Shown: in pieces, positions 8,824 to 16,725 of the stretch
How the letters are laid out: each line of letters begins with the position of its first letter
How positions within the stretch are numbered: the first letter of the stretch is position 1
Source: Candidatus Binatia bacterium
Lineage (GTDB): Bacteria; Desulfobacterota; Binatia; UBA9968
Reading direction: 5' to 3'
Length of the DNA: 64,000 bases
Assembly: GCA_036004365.1 (NCBI GenBank)
Contig: DASYRN010000041.1
Coordinates: 6,167-70,166, forward strand
Program-made: the position numbers and the translations under genes
The notes under the pieces: generated by a model
What the model was told of the DNA's origin: nothing
The model's database searches: none
Seen by the model: the letters and a program-made list of their open reading frames with translations, nothing else

Positions 8824-9999
8824 ATGAACGGCGCGCTGCAAGGGATTCGGGTGATTGAGCTAGCCAGTTATGTGACCGGGCCGTTTGCTTCGGTCCTGTT
8901 GGCGGATCTGGGTGCCGAGGTCATCAAAGTCGAGCAGCCCGGACAGGGAGATCCTTTTAGGGGTTGGGGTGAGAAGCTCTATTCCGCTACGTTCTGCAGC
9001 CTGAACCGCAACAAAAGGAGTGTCACCCTGGATTTCCGTCATGATGAGGGACGCGAGATTCTGGTCAAACTCATAGCCGGCTCCGATGTCTTGATAGAGA
9101 ATTTCCGGCCCGGCACTCTGGACAAAAGAGGGCTCGGCTATGACTCTCTGCGTGAAAGCAGTCCCAAGCTCGTCTACTGCTCGATCTCTGGATTCGGCCA
9201 TAAGGGCCCCTACAGGGATCTCCCGGGTTATGACACGGTCGGCCAAGCGTTGAGCGGGCTTCTAAGCCTCTTGACCGATCCAGGCGACCCCAAATGCATG
9301 GGAATATCTTTTTCGGATCACCTTACGGGGATGTACGCCTGCTACGGCATCCTGGGCGCTCTGATGCATCGCATGATGACAGGCCAAGGACAGAGGGTTG
9401 AGACCTCGCTCTTGCGCGCCTCGGTCTCGTTTATTAGCGAAAATGCGGCCCGCTATTTTGAGACCGGGGTGGTTCCCCGCAGAGCCAATCGAACTCGAAC
9501 AGCAGGTGTTTTTGCCTTTGTAGACCGTGAAGATCTCCCCTTTGTTATTCACCTCTCTTCACCGGAAAAATTTTGGCGCGGGCTTCTGGAGGTCGTTGGA
9601 AAGAAAGAGTGGGCGGAGGATCCGCGTTTTGGCAGCAGAAAAGACCGGATCGAGAATCATGATCTGCTTTCTGAGTTGCTGCAGGAGATTTTTCGTTCTG
9701 GCAAACGAGAAGAGTGGCTAAAAAAACTGAAAGACAAAGATGTCCCCTGCGCGCCGTTAAATAGTCTGGAGGAGGTCTTTAGGGACCCGCAGGTGAGGGA
9801 ATATGGGTTTCCGGTAGAGCTTGAGCATCCCCAGAAGGGAAGATTGCGGTTGGTCGGAAGCGGCATTGAGCTCAGCCGGACTCCGCCGCGAATCGATAAC
9901 CCGCCACCCGCTCTAGGGGAGCATACGAGCGAAATCTTGGAGGCGCTTGGGTATGATCAAGACTCGATCGCAAGATTGAAGGAATCAAAAGTGATCTGA
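8824..9999 (+). CDS. CoA-transferase family III (CaiB/BaiF-type)
   Basis: N-terminus LQGIRVIELASYVTGPFASVLLADLGAEVIKVEQPGQGDPFRGW is typical of the family. 391 aa. Confidence 0.85.
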   Translation: MNGALQGIRVIELASYVTGPFASVLLADLGAEVIKVEQPGQGDPFRGWGEKLYSATFCSLNRNKRSVTLDFRHDEGREILVKLIAGSDVLIENFRPGTLDKRGLGYDSLRESSPKLVYCSISGFGHKGPYRDLPGYDTVGQALSGLLSLLTDPGDPKCMGISFSDHLTGMYACYGILGALMHRMMTGQGQRVETSLLRASVSFISENAARYFETGVVPRRANRTRTAGVFAFVDREDLPFVIHLSSPEKFWRGLLEVVGKKEWAEDPRFGSRKDRIENHDLLSELLQEIFRSGKREEWLKKLKDKDVPCAPLNSLEEVFRDPQVREYGFPVELEHPQKGRLRLVGSGIELSRTPPRIDNPPPALGEHTSEILEALGYDQDSIARLKESKVI

Positions 10000-10061
10000 C
10001 CCTGGCCCTCGGTTCACGGGCTTTTCATTCAAGGAGCCGGAGAATTCGGCGGGAGGAAAAA

Positions 10062-10409
10062 ATGATCAGGCTTCAGATCGTTGAACGAAACGAGGCGAAT
10101 CTATTTCGGACGCTCATCCGAGCGATGCGCTCCGGCGATCTGCGGACTTTTGTGGCAGCGAAGCGCGGCAAAAGGATCACTCACAGAAATCCCAATTATC
10201 CGGGATCGATTAACTGTTCACATTCCGGCGGCGTGATCAGTTGCGAGATCGTTAGCCCGCGCAGCCCGGGAAGCGAGTGGCGGCTCCTAAGCGCCCTAAT
10301 TGGCCGCCTCGCGGATAAGTTCGCAGACAGCGTTCATACGATCAGTATCCAGTTCCCCGATGCGCGATCCGCTCCTAAGAGGCGGGTGAAGCGCCGACGC
10401 TCAAGATAA
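10062..10409 (+). CDS. Hypothetical protein with an Arg/Lys-rich C-terminus
   Basis: 115-aa ORF filling an otherwise empty interval. No recognisable motif. Confidence 0.35.
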   Translation: MIRLQIVERNEANLFRTLIRAMRSGDLRTFVAAKRGKRITHRNPNYPGSINCSHSGGVISCEIVSPRSPGSEWRLLSALIGRLADKFADSVHTISIQFPDARSAPKRRVKRRRSR

Positions 10410-10421
10410 TTCAAGCTGTCT

Positions 10422-11435
10422 TTAGAATCCTCGGTAAAGCCGATCTACAAAGCCGCTCTCTTCGAGTTTCCTGCAAAGGCTCATGTCAGCGACGTCCTCG
10501 GGTTTTAACTGCATCGCTTTGGAATTCAGCCCGTGGTGAGCCATGAGTTTGAGGACGGAGGCCACTCCCTCCAAGGTCGGGCATGGCTTGCGCGGGAGCT
10601 CTTTACGCAGGTCAGAGTAGGCCCTTTCGATCTGATCGGGTTTTTCCAACCTCAGATATTTGGCGATCGTCTGTTCGACCACCTTTCTGTTTGCTGGGTT
10701 GTGAATATAGGCTGCGGCTTCAATGATCGCCTTGGCCATGTTCTCCGCGAGGTGAGGATCCGACTTCATAAATCTACGGGAGGTGACCAACCCGGAGGAT
10801 TGGAAGGGAATATTTTCCTTTCCAGTGTCTAAGAGGAGTCGGTAGCCTTCACTCTGAACGATTTGACCGAACTCTGGCGACAGGCTCGTGGCTTCGACCG
10901 ATCCCGAGCGAAGCGCGGCCAGGCGCTCCGGCACGCCGCCCACCTGGAGCAGGACGATGTTGTCGCGCCGGGGAACGAGACCCAAGTAATCGAGGGCGAC
11001 ATAGGTTGCGAGGGAAGCGGAGCCCGAAGGCGTGCCGATCGCGACCTTTTTACCTTTGAGTTCCTCGGCATTCTTTACTGAGGGCCGAGCGATAAACAAA
11101 TAGTCCAGTTTGTTCTGCAAGCCGAGGATCATCGTGAGATCCCCTCCAGCCGTCACGGCATTGGCGACATGGGTAGCGCCGATCAAGCCAAGGGCCGCTT
11201 GGCCCGCGAGCATAGCCTGAGCCGCTCTTCCGGCGATGACAAATACAAGGTCTGCATCCAGTCCGTACTTATGAAAAAAACCCTGGTCCTTGCCGATCCA
11301 AAGGGGGGTCACATTGCTGCTAATGGCGCCATGAAGGAAGATCAGCTTTGTCGGGGGTTCGGCGGGCCACGCTTGAGCGATATGGAACACAAGGAAATGC
11401 ATGAATAATCCAACCATAGCAGTCCGACACTTCAT
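10422..11435 (-). CDS. Periplasmic solute-binding protein, NMT1/THI5-like (NitT/TauT-type)
   Basis: Start chosen at MKCRTAMVGLF... (signal peptide). The ORF-track start at 11519 would overlap the divergent gene. Similar to the two paralogues at 23.8-25.8 kb. Confidence 0.75.
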   Translation of the reverse strand: MKCRTAMVGLFMHFLVFHIAQAWPAEPPTKLIFLHGAISSNVTPLWIGKDQGFFHKYGLDADLVFVIAGRAAQAMLAGQAALGLIGATHVANAVTAGGDLTMILGLQNKLDYLFIARPSVKNAEELKGKKVAIGTPSGSASLATYVALDYLGLVPRRDNIVLLQVGGVPERLAALRSGSVEATSLSPEFGQIVQSEGYRLLLDTGKENIPFQSSGLVTSRRFMKSDPHLAENMAKAIIEAAAYIHNPANRKVVEQTIAKYLRLEKPDQIERAYSDLRKELPRKPCPTLEGVASVLKLMAHHGLNSKAMQLKPEDVADMSLCRKLEESGFVDRLYRGF

Positions 11436-11517
11436 GATCTCTCCCTCGACTGAAGTTCCATGGGTCAGCGTGCTTGTAGCATGGAGGCAGTTCGATGTAA
11501 ACATAGCTAGGACTGAC

Positions 11518-11985
11518 ATGCGTCGCCACCCGAGTTTAATGGCGCTTTCACACGATCATCACCACGGCTTGGCGCTGGCGCTCAGATGCCGCAAGCAGGC
11601 GCTGGGGCGGATCAAGCCTATGGGAATTCAGGGCCTCAGAGAGCGAGCCGATGAGGTGAAAGGTTTCTTTTCGAAGAATCTTGAGAGGCATTTCGAAGCG
11701 GAAGAAAAGATTTTATTTCCGCTCATGAGCTCGTGCGTCCCGGAATCGCAGTCGCTGATCCAACGCCTCATCGAAGATCACCGGAAAATGCGCGCCGCGA
11801 TGCGAAACCTTCGAGGGGATGCTGACATGGCAAAAATTTTGTTTGACTTCGGCGACCTTCTTGAAGAGCATATTCGCCGCGAGGAGCGGGAGCTTTTCCT
11901 GCTCTTTGAAAGATACATTACCCAGGAGGATGCCGGAAGAATCAAGAGCGAAATCGAGAGGGCGCTGGAACAGCGCGTTGCGTGA
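11518..11985 (+). CDS. Hemerythrin (HHE cation-binding) domain protein
   Basis: LSHDHHHGL..., HFEAEEKILFP and EHIRREERELF are His/Glu-rich helices typical of hemerythrin-like domains. Start set at ATG 11518. Confidence 0.7.
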   Translation: MRRHPSLMALSHDHHHGLALALRCRKQALGRIKPMGIQGLRERADEVKGFFSKNLERHFEAEEKILFPLMSSCVPESQSLIQRLIEDHRKMRAAMRNLRGDADMAKILFDFGDLLEEHIRREERELFLLFERYITQEDAGRIKSEIERALEQRVA

Positions 11986-11995
11986 AAGCGAGATC

Positions 11996-12670
11996 GTGAA
12001 ATTCATACGGCAAGGAACGGGAGAGGAGATCGATTTCGTCGCCAAGAAGGTATTGGTTGTCGGTTACACGGGCCGAGATCAGGCGGCGGTGAGGACGCAC
12101 ATCGAAGAACTTGCGGCTCAAGGGATTCCCGCTCCAAAAGAGATCCCCACGGTTTTTCGCACCCCTTTGGACCGACTTTTGGTGAACGAGGACTTAGAGG
12201 TGGTGGGCCAGCACACGTCAGGAGAAGCCGAGGCCGTTCTTCTCGTTGACGCGCGTGAGATCTGGGTGGCGGTCGGGAGCGATCACACGGATCGTGAATT
12301 GGAGAAGGTCGATATCCTAGCCTCTAAGCAAGTTTGTCCGAAACCCCTTTCCATCGAGGTGTGGAATTACGGCGACCTGCGCGACCACTGGGACAGTTTA
12401 GTCTTGAGGAGTTGGGTCGGCGAAGCAGGCCGTGAGCAGCTCTACCAAGAAGGCCGTATGTCAGATCTTCTTCCTCCCGACGAGCTGCTTGAGATGCTAG
12501 ATCGCCGTCTGGGGGGCTCTCTGGAAGGTTCAGTCATTTACACCGGCACGATCCCGTTGCGTGGCAAGGTCTTTTGGGCCAAACCGTATTTCGAGGCGGA
12601 ACTTGTTGATCAGTTGACTGGCCGATCGATTCGCTGCCGGTATCGCGTGCGGCGAGTAGATGACGTGTGA
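11996..12670 (+). CDS. DUF2848-like protein
   Basis: VVGYTGRDQAAVRTHIEELAAQGIPAP...VAVGSDHTDRELE resembles DUF2848 as I remember it. GTG 11996 follows the hemerythrin stop by 10 nt. Confidence 0.6.
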   Translation: MKFIRQGTGEEIDFVAKKVLVVGYTGRDQAAVRTHIEELAAQGIPAPKEIPTVFRTPLDRLLVNEDLEVVGQHTSGEAEAVLLVDAREIWVAVGSDHTDRELEKVDILASKQVCPKPLSIEVWNYGDLRDHWDSLVLRSWVGEAGREQLYQEGRMSDLLPPDELLEMLDRRLGGSLEGSVIYTGTIPLRGKVFWAKPYFEAELVDQLTGRSIRCRYRVRRVDDV

Positions 12671-12713
12671 ACGAGAATGAGCGTGCCGTTGCAGCGATAA
12701 GGAGGTCGCGGAG

Positions 12714-13061
12714 ATGTCGAAGGAAGAACTGGAATTTTTTGCCATCGAGGTCAAGCCCTGGCGCGATGTGCCTGGCAGTCGGTGCGCTGGTCTTCGGGAG
12801 CGCATCTTGACTGGAGATCCGGAGTCCGGGAACTATACTAGAATTCTAAAATTTGAACCGGGTTGCGATACGACCCCTAACGGAATCGTAACGCACGATT
12901 TCTGGGAGGAGGTTTACATCTTGGAAGGAAGCATTATCGATTTGAGGCTTAATAAAGAGTTTAGCGCGGGACAATATGCTTGCCGTCCTCCCGGAATGAC
13001 CCATGGCCCCTGGAGATCGCCGAGAGGGTGTACGACTTTTGAGGTTCGGTACACGAAGTAG
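12714..13061 (+). CDS. Single-domain cupin protein
   Basis: 115 aa. The THDFWEEVYILEG...GMTHGP spacing is typical of the cupin barrel. AAGGAGG RBS upstream. Confidence 0.7.
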   Translation: MSKEELEFFAIEVKPWRDVPGSRCAGLRERILTGDPESGNYTRILKFEPGCDTTPNGIVTHDFWEEVYILEGSIIDLRLNKEFSAGQYACRPPGMTHGPWRSPRGCTTFEVRYTK

Positions 13062-13355
13062 TGCAGCCGAGATTTCATCAAGCTGTTTTCGGTCTCAGCA
13101 GGATCTCTGCAAGACCTGTAAGATCCGTTTACATCTCGCAGGTGGTCTTACTTCTTTTGTGAAATGAACAGGATAGGTCAAATAAGGCGATTTTTGAGCG
13201 AAGCGTGTAAGATAGCCTGACAGTTTTCTGATCGTTATCCTCTCATCACGTTCTGCCACAAGATTCCGTTTTACGCCTTTACGCTCCGCCAATGACCGCA
13301 AACTCGGAATTCTTATAGGTCGGCACAAGCTTTGCTGCTCCAAACTTAACCTTCG

Positions 13356-13574
13356 ATGACGGACTCAACAAATCGGGATAGCGCGGATCTTCTTTGTCAG
13401 CGTTGTGATAGTCAGCCGCTTTTTTTTAGAGTGCGAAGCGAGATCATCGATATTAAGGTATGTGTTGAGTGCGGAGTAAAGGCCGCAACTCTGGGATTGA
13501 TCGTGACCGAGCTCTCCAAGGAGAAGGGAAGTGCTTCTGCTCTTTCGTCCGAGAATGACAAAGAATCAGCATAA
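13356..13574 (+). CDS. Zinc-ribbon mini-protein (CxxC-N18-CxxC), paralogue A
   Basis: 72 aa. LCQRC...FFRVRSEI.D..VCVECG...LGLIVT.LS is shared with the inverted ORF 14573-14839. Most nucleotide differences between the two are synonymous. Confidence 0.6.
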   Translation: MTDSTNRDSADLLCQRCDSQPLFFRVRSEIIDIKVCVECGVKAATLGLIVTELSKEKGSASALSSENDKESA

Positions 13575-13669
13575 TCATTTTCTATCCCTCTTACATTCGT
13601 AATTCTACTCTTGCATTGGTCACCGTTGTGTCATGACGGTCCTGGACCCGTACGAAGTCTGTGATTCGG

Positions 13670-13696
13670 TTGACATGGGAGCTGTCATTCGATAAT
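13670..13696 (+). promoter_or_regulatory. Candidate sigma-70 promoter (TTGACA-N15-GATAAT) for the bicupin gene
   Basis: Perfect -35 at 13670-13675 and a 5/6 -10 at 13691-13696. The spacer is short. It lies 40 nt upstream of ATG 13738. Confidence 0.35.
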
Positions 13697-13737
13697 TTCC
13701 ATCTCGACCTAATCGGAGCGTACTAATCGAGGAATTC

Positions 13738-14670
13738 ATGGAAAATTTCTACGAGAACTGGTTGGCCGAGTCGCAGCGTATTGAGAAGGCTGTTGCTGAG
13801 GGGCGCAGAGTGGTCCGCGGAAAGGAACTCAGCTGGGTGCGGACGCGCCAGGACCACAAAGCGGCACTTATGATCGCGCCCGAGATGGGATTTCCCACTG
13901 GCGGGAGTCTCCTCATGAAGGCCGAGATACCGACGGGCTGGCATACCGGTAAGCATTTGCATGGAGAAGAGGCAATCTATATTGAGCAGGGGGAAGGATG
14001 TTTGGTCTTAGACGATAAACGCTATGACTTTCGCCGCGGCACGATCTTTCATTTTCCCTACCGCTCCCCACATCAGCTTTTTAATACCGGCAAGGAGACA
14101 GTTGTCTATGTTTCCGGTTTGGCATGGCCGCTTGAAGCGGCCGTGCGCATGGGCCGGATGGAGCAGATCGAGGACGCGGGAGAAAATAGCCCTGCTTCGC
14201 TCGCGCACCTGGCATTCGAAGAGTCGCAATACTGGCCCATTGATGGGCGGCGGATTTCAATGCACGAAGGTCAGTTTGAGCTGTCGAGCGAAACCAAACA
14301 CGGCGCGACCTACTTTCTAATGGGGAGGAGTGGGAAGCAGAACGGGTTTAGAGCGACAGCAGTCGCGATCAGCTCGATCTTTGTCGATCTGCCGCGCTCC
14401 AAGAGCCACAGCCATGCACACCCCGAGGCCTATCTTTATGCGTTGGAAGGAAGCGGTTACTCGGAGATCGGCGGGAAAAAATACGAATGGGAGCAAGGTG
14501 ATGCCGTCCATGTTCCGCCAGGCATGATGCACCACCAGCACTTCAATCCCAACGATCGGATCATGAAAGAACTCAGGTTCGAATATGGGATTCGCTACTG
14601 GTTGGCCGATCAGTGGCGGGGCTATACGACCGTTGACCGGCATTTGAAAGCGACCCATTTGGATGAATAG
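13738..14670 (+). CDS. Bicupin protein (two cupin barrels; dioxygenase/isomerase-like)
   Basis: 310 aa with two metal-site-like motifs: HTGKHLHGEEAIYIEQGEG and HSHAHPEAYLYALEGSG...HVPPGMMHHQHFN. Confidence 0.8.
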   Translation: MENFYENWLAESQRIEKAVAEGRRVVRGKELSWVRTRQDHKAALMIAPEMGFPTGGSLLMKAEIPTGWHTGKHLHGEEAIYIEQGEGCLVLDDKRYDFRRGTIFHFPYRSPHQLFNTGKETVVYVSGLAWPLEAAVRMGRMEQIEDAGENSPASLAHLAFEESQYWPIDGRRISMHEGQFELSSETKHGATYFLMGRSGKQNGFRATAVAISSIFVDLPRSKSHSHAHPEAYLYALEGSGYSEIGGKKYEWEQGDAVHVPPGMMHHQHFNPNDRIMKELRFEYGIRYWLADQWRGYTTVDRHLKATHLDE

Positions 14671-14839
14671 GAGAGGCGGAGAGCTGAGTCACAATCAATC
14701 CCAAACTCACGGCCTCCAGGCCACATTCGACACACACGCTGACGTCGAGGATTTCGCTTCGAACACGGAAGAATATCGCATTGCTGTAGCAGCGGGCGCA
14801 GAGATTATGTCCATTGGTTTGTTTTCGTAAACCATTCAT
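14573..14839 (-). CDS. Zinc-ribbon mini-protein (CxxC-N18-CxxC), paralogue B
   Basis: 88 aa with a strong AAGGAG RBS 6 nt before ATG 14839. The conserved core is shared with 13356-13574. The 3' 98 nt overlap the bicupin gene convergently. Confidence 0.65.
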   Translation of the reverse strand: MNGLRKQTNGHNLCARCYSNAIFFRVRSEILDVSVCVECGLEAVSLGLIVTQLSASPIHPNGSLSNAGQRSYSPATDRPTSSESHIRT

Positions 14840-14952
14840 ACTTTGCTCCTTGGTTTTGGTCGGGCCGACTAGAATTCGTCATCCCGTTTTCTTCAAGTCT
14901 AAATAATCCCGTTTATTCGATTGGACCACAGTTTCGTCGCTCTCGTCTGCAA

Positions 14953-15153
14953 TCAATCCTCGGCCATTTCGGTTTTACGCCATCGGGGTTTGGTCTCCAT
15001 CTCGGGAAAAAGCTCACAAACTTCGATGACCGAGATGTCGTTGTGGGAAAAGCCCCCAGTCCTAAGTGAGCTTACGATAGCCTCCACTTGAGATTCAGAT
15101 TCGGCAACGCAAACGACAGCCTTTGACACATCCTCTCCTTTATACATGAGCAT
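14953..15153 (-). CDS. Hypothetical small protein
   Basis: ORF with internal Met start MLMYKGEDVSKAVVCVAESESQVEAIVSSLRTGGF. No clear RBS. Confidence 0.3.
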   Translation of the reverse strand: MLMYKGEDVSKAVVCVAESESQVEAIVSSLRTGGFSHNDISVIEVCELFPEMETKPRWRKTEMAED

Positions 15154-15328
15154 TTTTGTGAATCGACCGGTCAGCTTTATTTTCAAGTCTCACTTCGACT
15201 CCGGGAACTCGCGATTCCAGGACATCGGGACCCCCGTCTCGGGCGTCGACTCGTGGGGGCCTCTCTCGAGAGCATGCCGGAACCAATAAGCCAACACAAA
15301 ATGCGACCATGAGTAACTTCCGTTTCAT
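15140..15328 (-). CDS. Possible small lipoprotein
   Basis: MKRKLLMVAFCVGLLVPAC has a lipobox-like signal. Weak RBS. Part of a longer ORF-track entry (15140-15469). Confidence 0.3.
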   Translation of the reverse strand: MKRKLLMVAFCVGLLVPACSRERPPRVDARDGGPDVLESRVPGVEVRLENKADRSIHKNAHV

Positions 15329-15627
15329 CGTCCTGTTCGCAAACGGGATACCAAAAAGAATGGAGCATTTCGTACCGGTACAAGACAGTGTGTGCAGGAG
15401 TTTTCCTGCAGAAAAACTAAAAAGCAGCCCAAAAAACCATACAGCTTTCAGGCGGCATACCACCCTCATTCATAGCGAAAGAACCACCCGAACCAACGTC
15501 CCCCCGATCACAACGGAAGCGAATATTAAAATGAACCACATGGCGAGATCATTAATAATAGGTGGACTTCCCTCTATGGGAATCTTTCTTTTCATCATTT
15601 TCCCCAGACTCCTCACAATGCCGTGCT

Positions 15628-16059
15628 TCAAAGGTTAGGTCTCGGTCTCTCCCCAGTTCTGTTGATCCAAATATGTGTCCTAACAATGTGATTTCTCTGC
15701 TTATTCTTAATTCTCGGACTCAGACGGATGGCAGGGTGTTGCGCCCTTTCCTCTTCCTTCCACCGCCGCACTTGCTGGCGAATGTGTTCGGAACTTAACC
15801 CCAATACATCACAGATGTTTTCAAACGAGAACAACCGATCGTCGTCTGTGTCCAGCAGCCAATCCTCCACCTCGAGGAAGCGACAGTTCTCTTTAGGGAG
15901 GTATTTTTTGTAAGTCCAGATGGCGTCTTCCAAGACAGCAAGCATGAGCCTTTTTTCAGGCTCCAGGCGGTCCCTTCTACTCACGGTTTCCCAATACTGG
16001 ATTGGAAGCAAGACGTCCGGGTGAATGGGTTGAAACAAGCGGCCTATTTTGTCTTCCAT
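15628..16059 (-). CDS. Hypothetical protein (143 aa)
   Basis: GGAGGG RBS before ATG 16059 and protein-like composition. No recognised family. Confidence 0.5.
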   Translation of the reverse strand: MEDKIGRLFQPIHPDVLLPIQYWETVSRRDRLEPEKRLMLAVLEDAIWTYKKYLPKENCRFLEVEDWLLDTDDDRLFSFENICDVLGLSSEHIRQQVRRWKEEERAQHPAIRLSPRIKNKQRNHIVRTHIWINRTGERPRPNL

Positions 16060-16206
16060 CGGTTATCCCTCCGGATAATTCGTGTATTTTGAATTCACTG
16101 CAGCGTAAAACACGACGCAATTCCGATGCCACTCCACGGCGGTCGACGAACAGAATGCGAGTCGATTAGCGAGGCCGGTTAAAGGACCGGTCCCATAGGT
16201 CGCAGC

Positions 16207-16725
16207 TTAAGGTTGTGAAGAGGAGCGAAAGGAACCGTGTACTGCTCGAGCTAGCTTCTTTATTAACGGAAGGAAGGATTGCTTGACTGTGCCGAGGAGG
16301 TGTTGGGCGGTCCGATATTCCGGTCGGTGTGTAGACTCCACACCGACCGGCTGGCGTAGTTCGAGAGCTTTCTTGACTGCCAACTTAAGCTCTTCGTTAT
16401 AGACAGGTTTGATAAGGTAATCACTGGCGCCATTCTTAATCGCGGTGGCACCCAAACCACCCCGTCCAAAGGCAGTAAGCATGATAAACCGCAGAGCCGG
16501 GTTCACCGCTTTCGCTTCCTTTAATAGGTCCAGCCCGTTCATTCCGGACATATTTAAATCGGAGATGACGAGATCGAACCATTGATTTTTCAATTGACTT
16601 AAAGCCACCTCAGCGGAAGTGGCGCACTCCACCTCATAGCCCTCTTTTTGGAGGATTCTCTTGAAGAGAGGAAGTAGGTTTTCCTCGTCGTCAACTATAA
16701 GGATACGGTTATGCGGCGCTTCCAT
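16207..16725 (-). CDS. Response regulator, receiver domain plus a roughly 45-aa tail
   Basis: ILIVDDEE..., DLVISDLNMSGMNG and IKP are the acidic pocket, phospho-Asp and Lys of CheY-like receivers. The start overlaps the upstream kinase stop by 17 nt. Confidence 0.85.
   Translation of the reverse strand: MEAPHNRILIVDDEENLLPLFKRILQKEGYEVECATSAEVALSQLKNQWFDLVISDLNMSGMNGLDLLKEAKAVNPALRFIMLTAFGRGGLGATAIKNGASDYLIKPVYNEELKLAVKKALELRQPVGVESTHRPEYRTAQHLLGTVKQSFLPLIKKLARAVHGSFRSSSQP

Noticed and set aside
13095-13343. 82-aa minus-strand ORF in the cupin / zinc-ribbon intergenic region
   Set aside because: It has a TTG start, no RBS and an unconvincing composition. The 294-nt spacer may instead hold regulatory sequence.
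16063-16078. Hairpin TTATCC-CTCC-GGATAA overlapping the RBS of gene 15628-16059
   Set aside because: The stem is only 6 bp. It could sequester the GGAGGG Shine-Dalgarno sequence, but it is too weak to call a regulatory element without conservation data.
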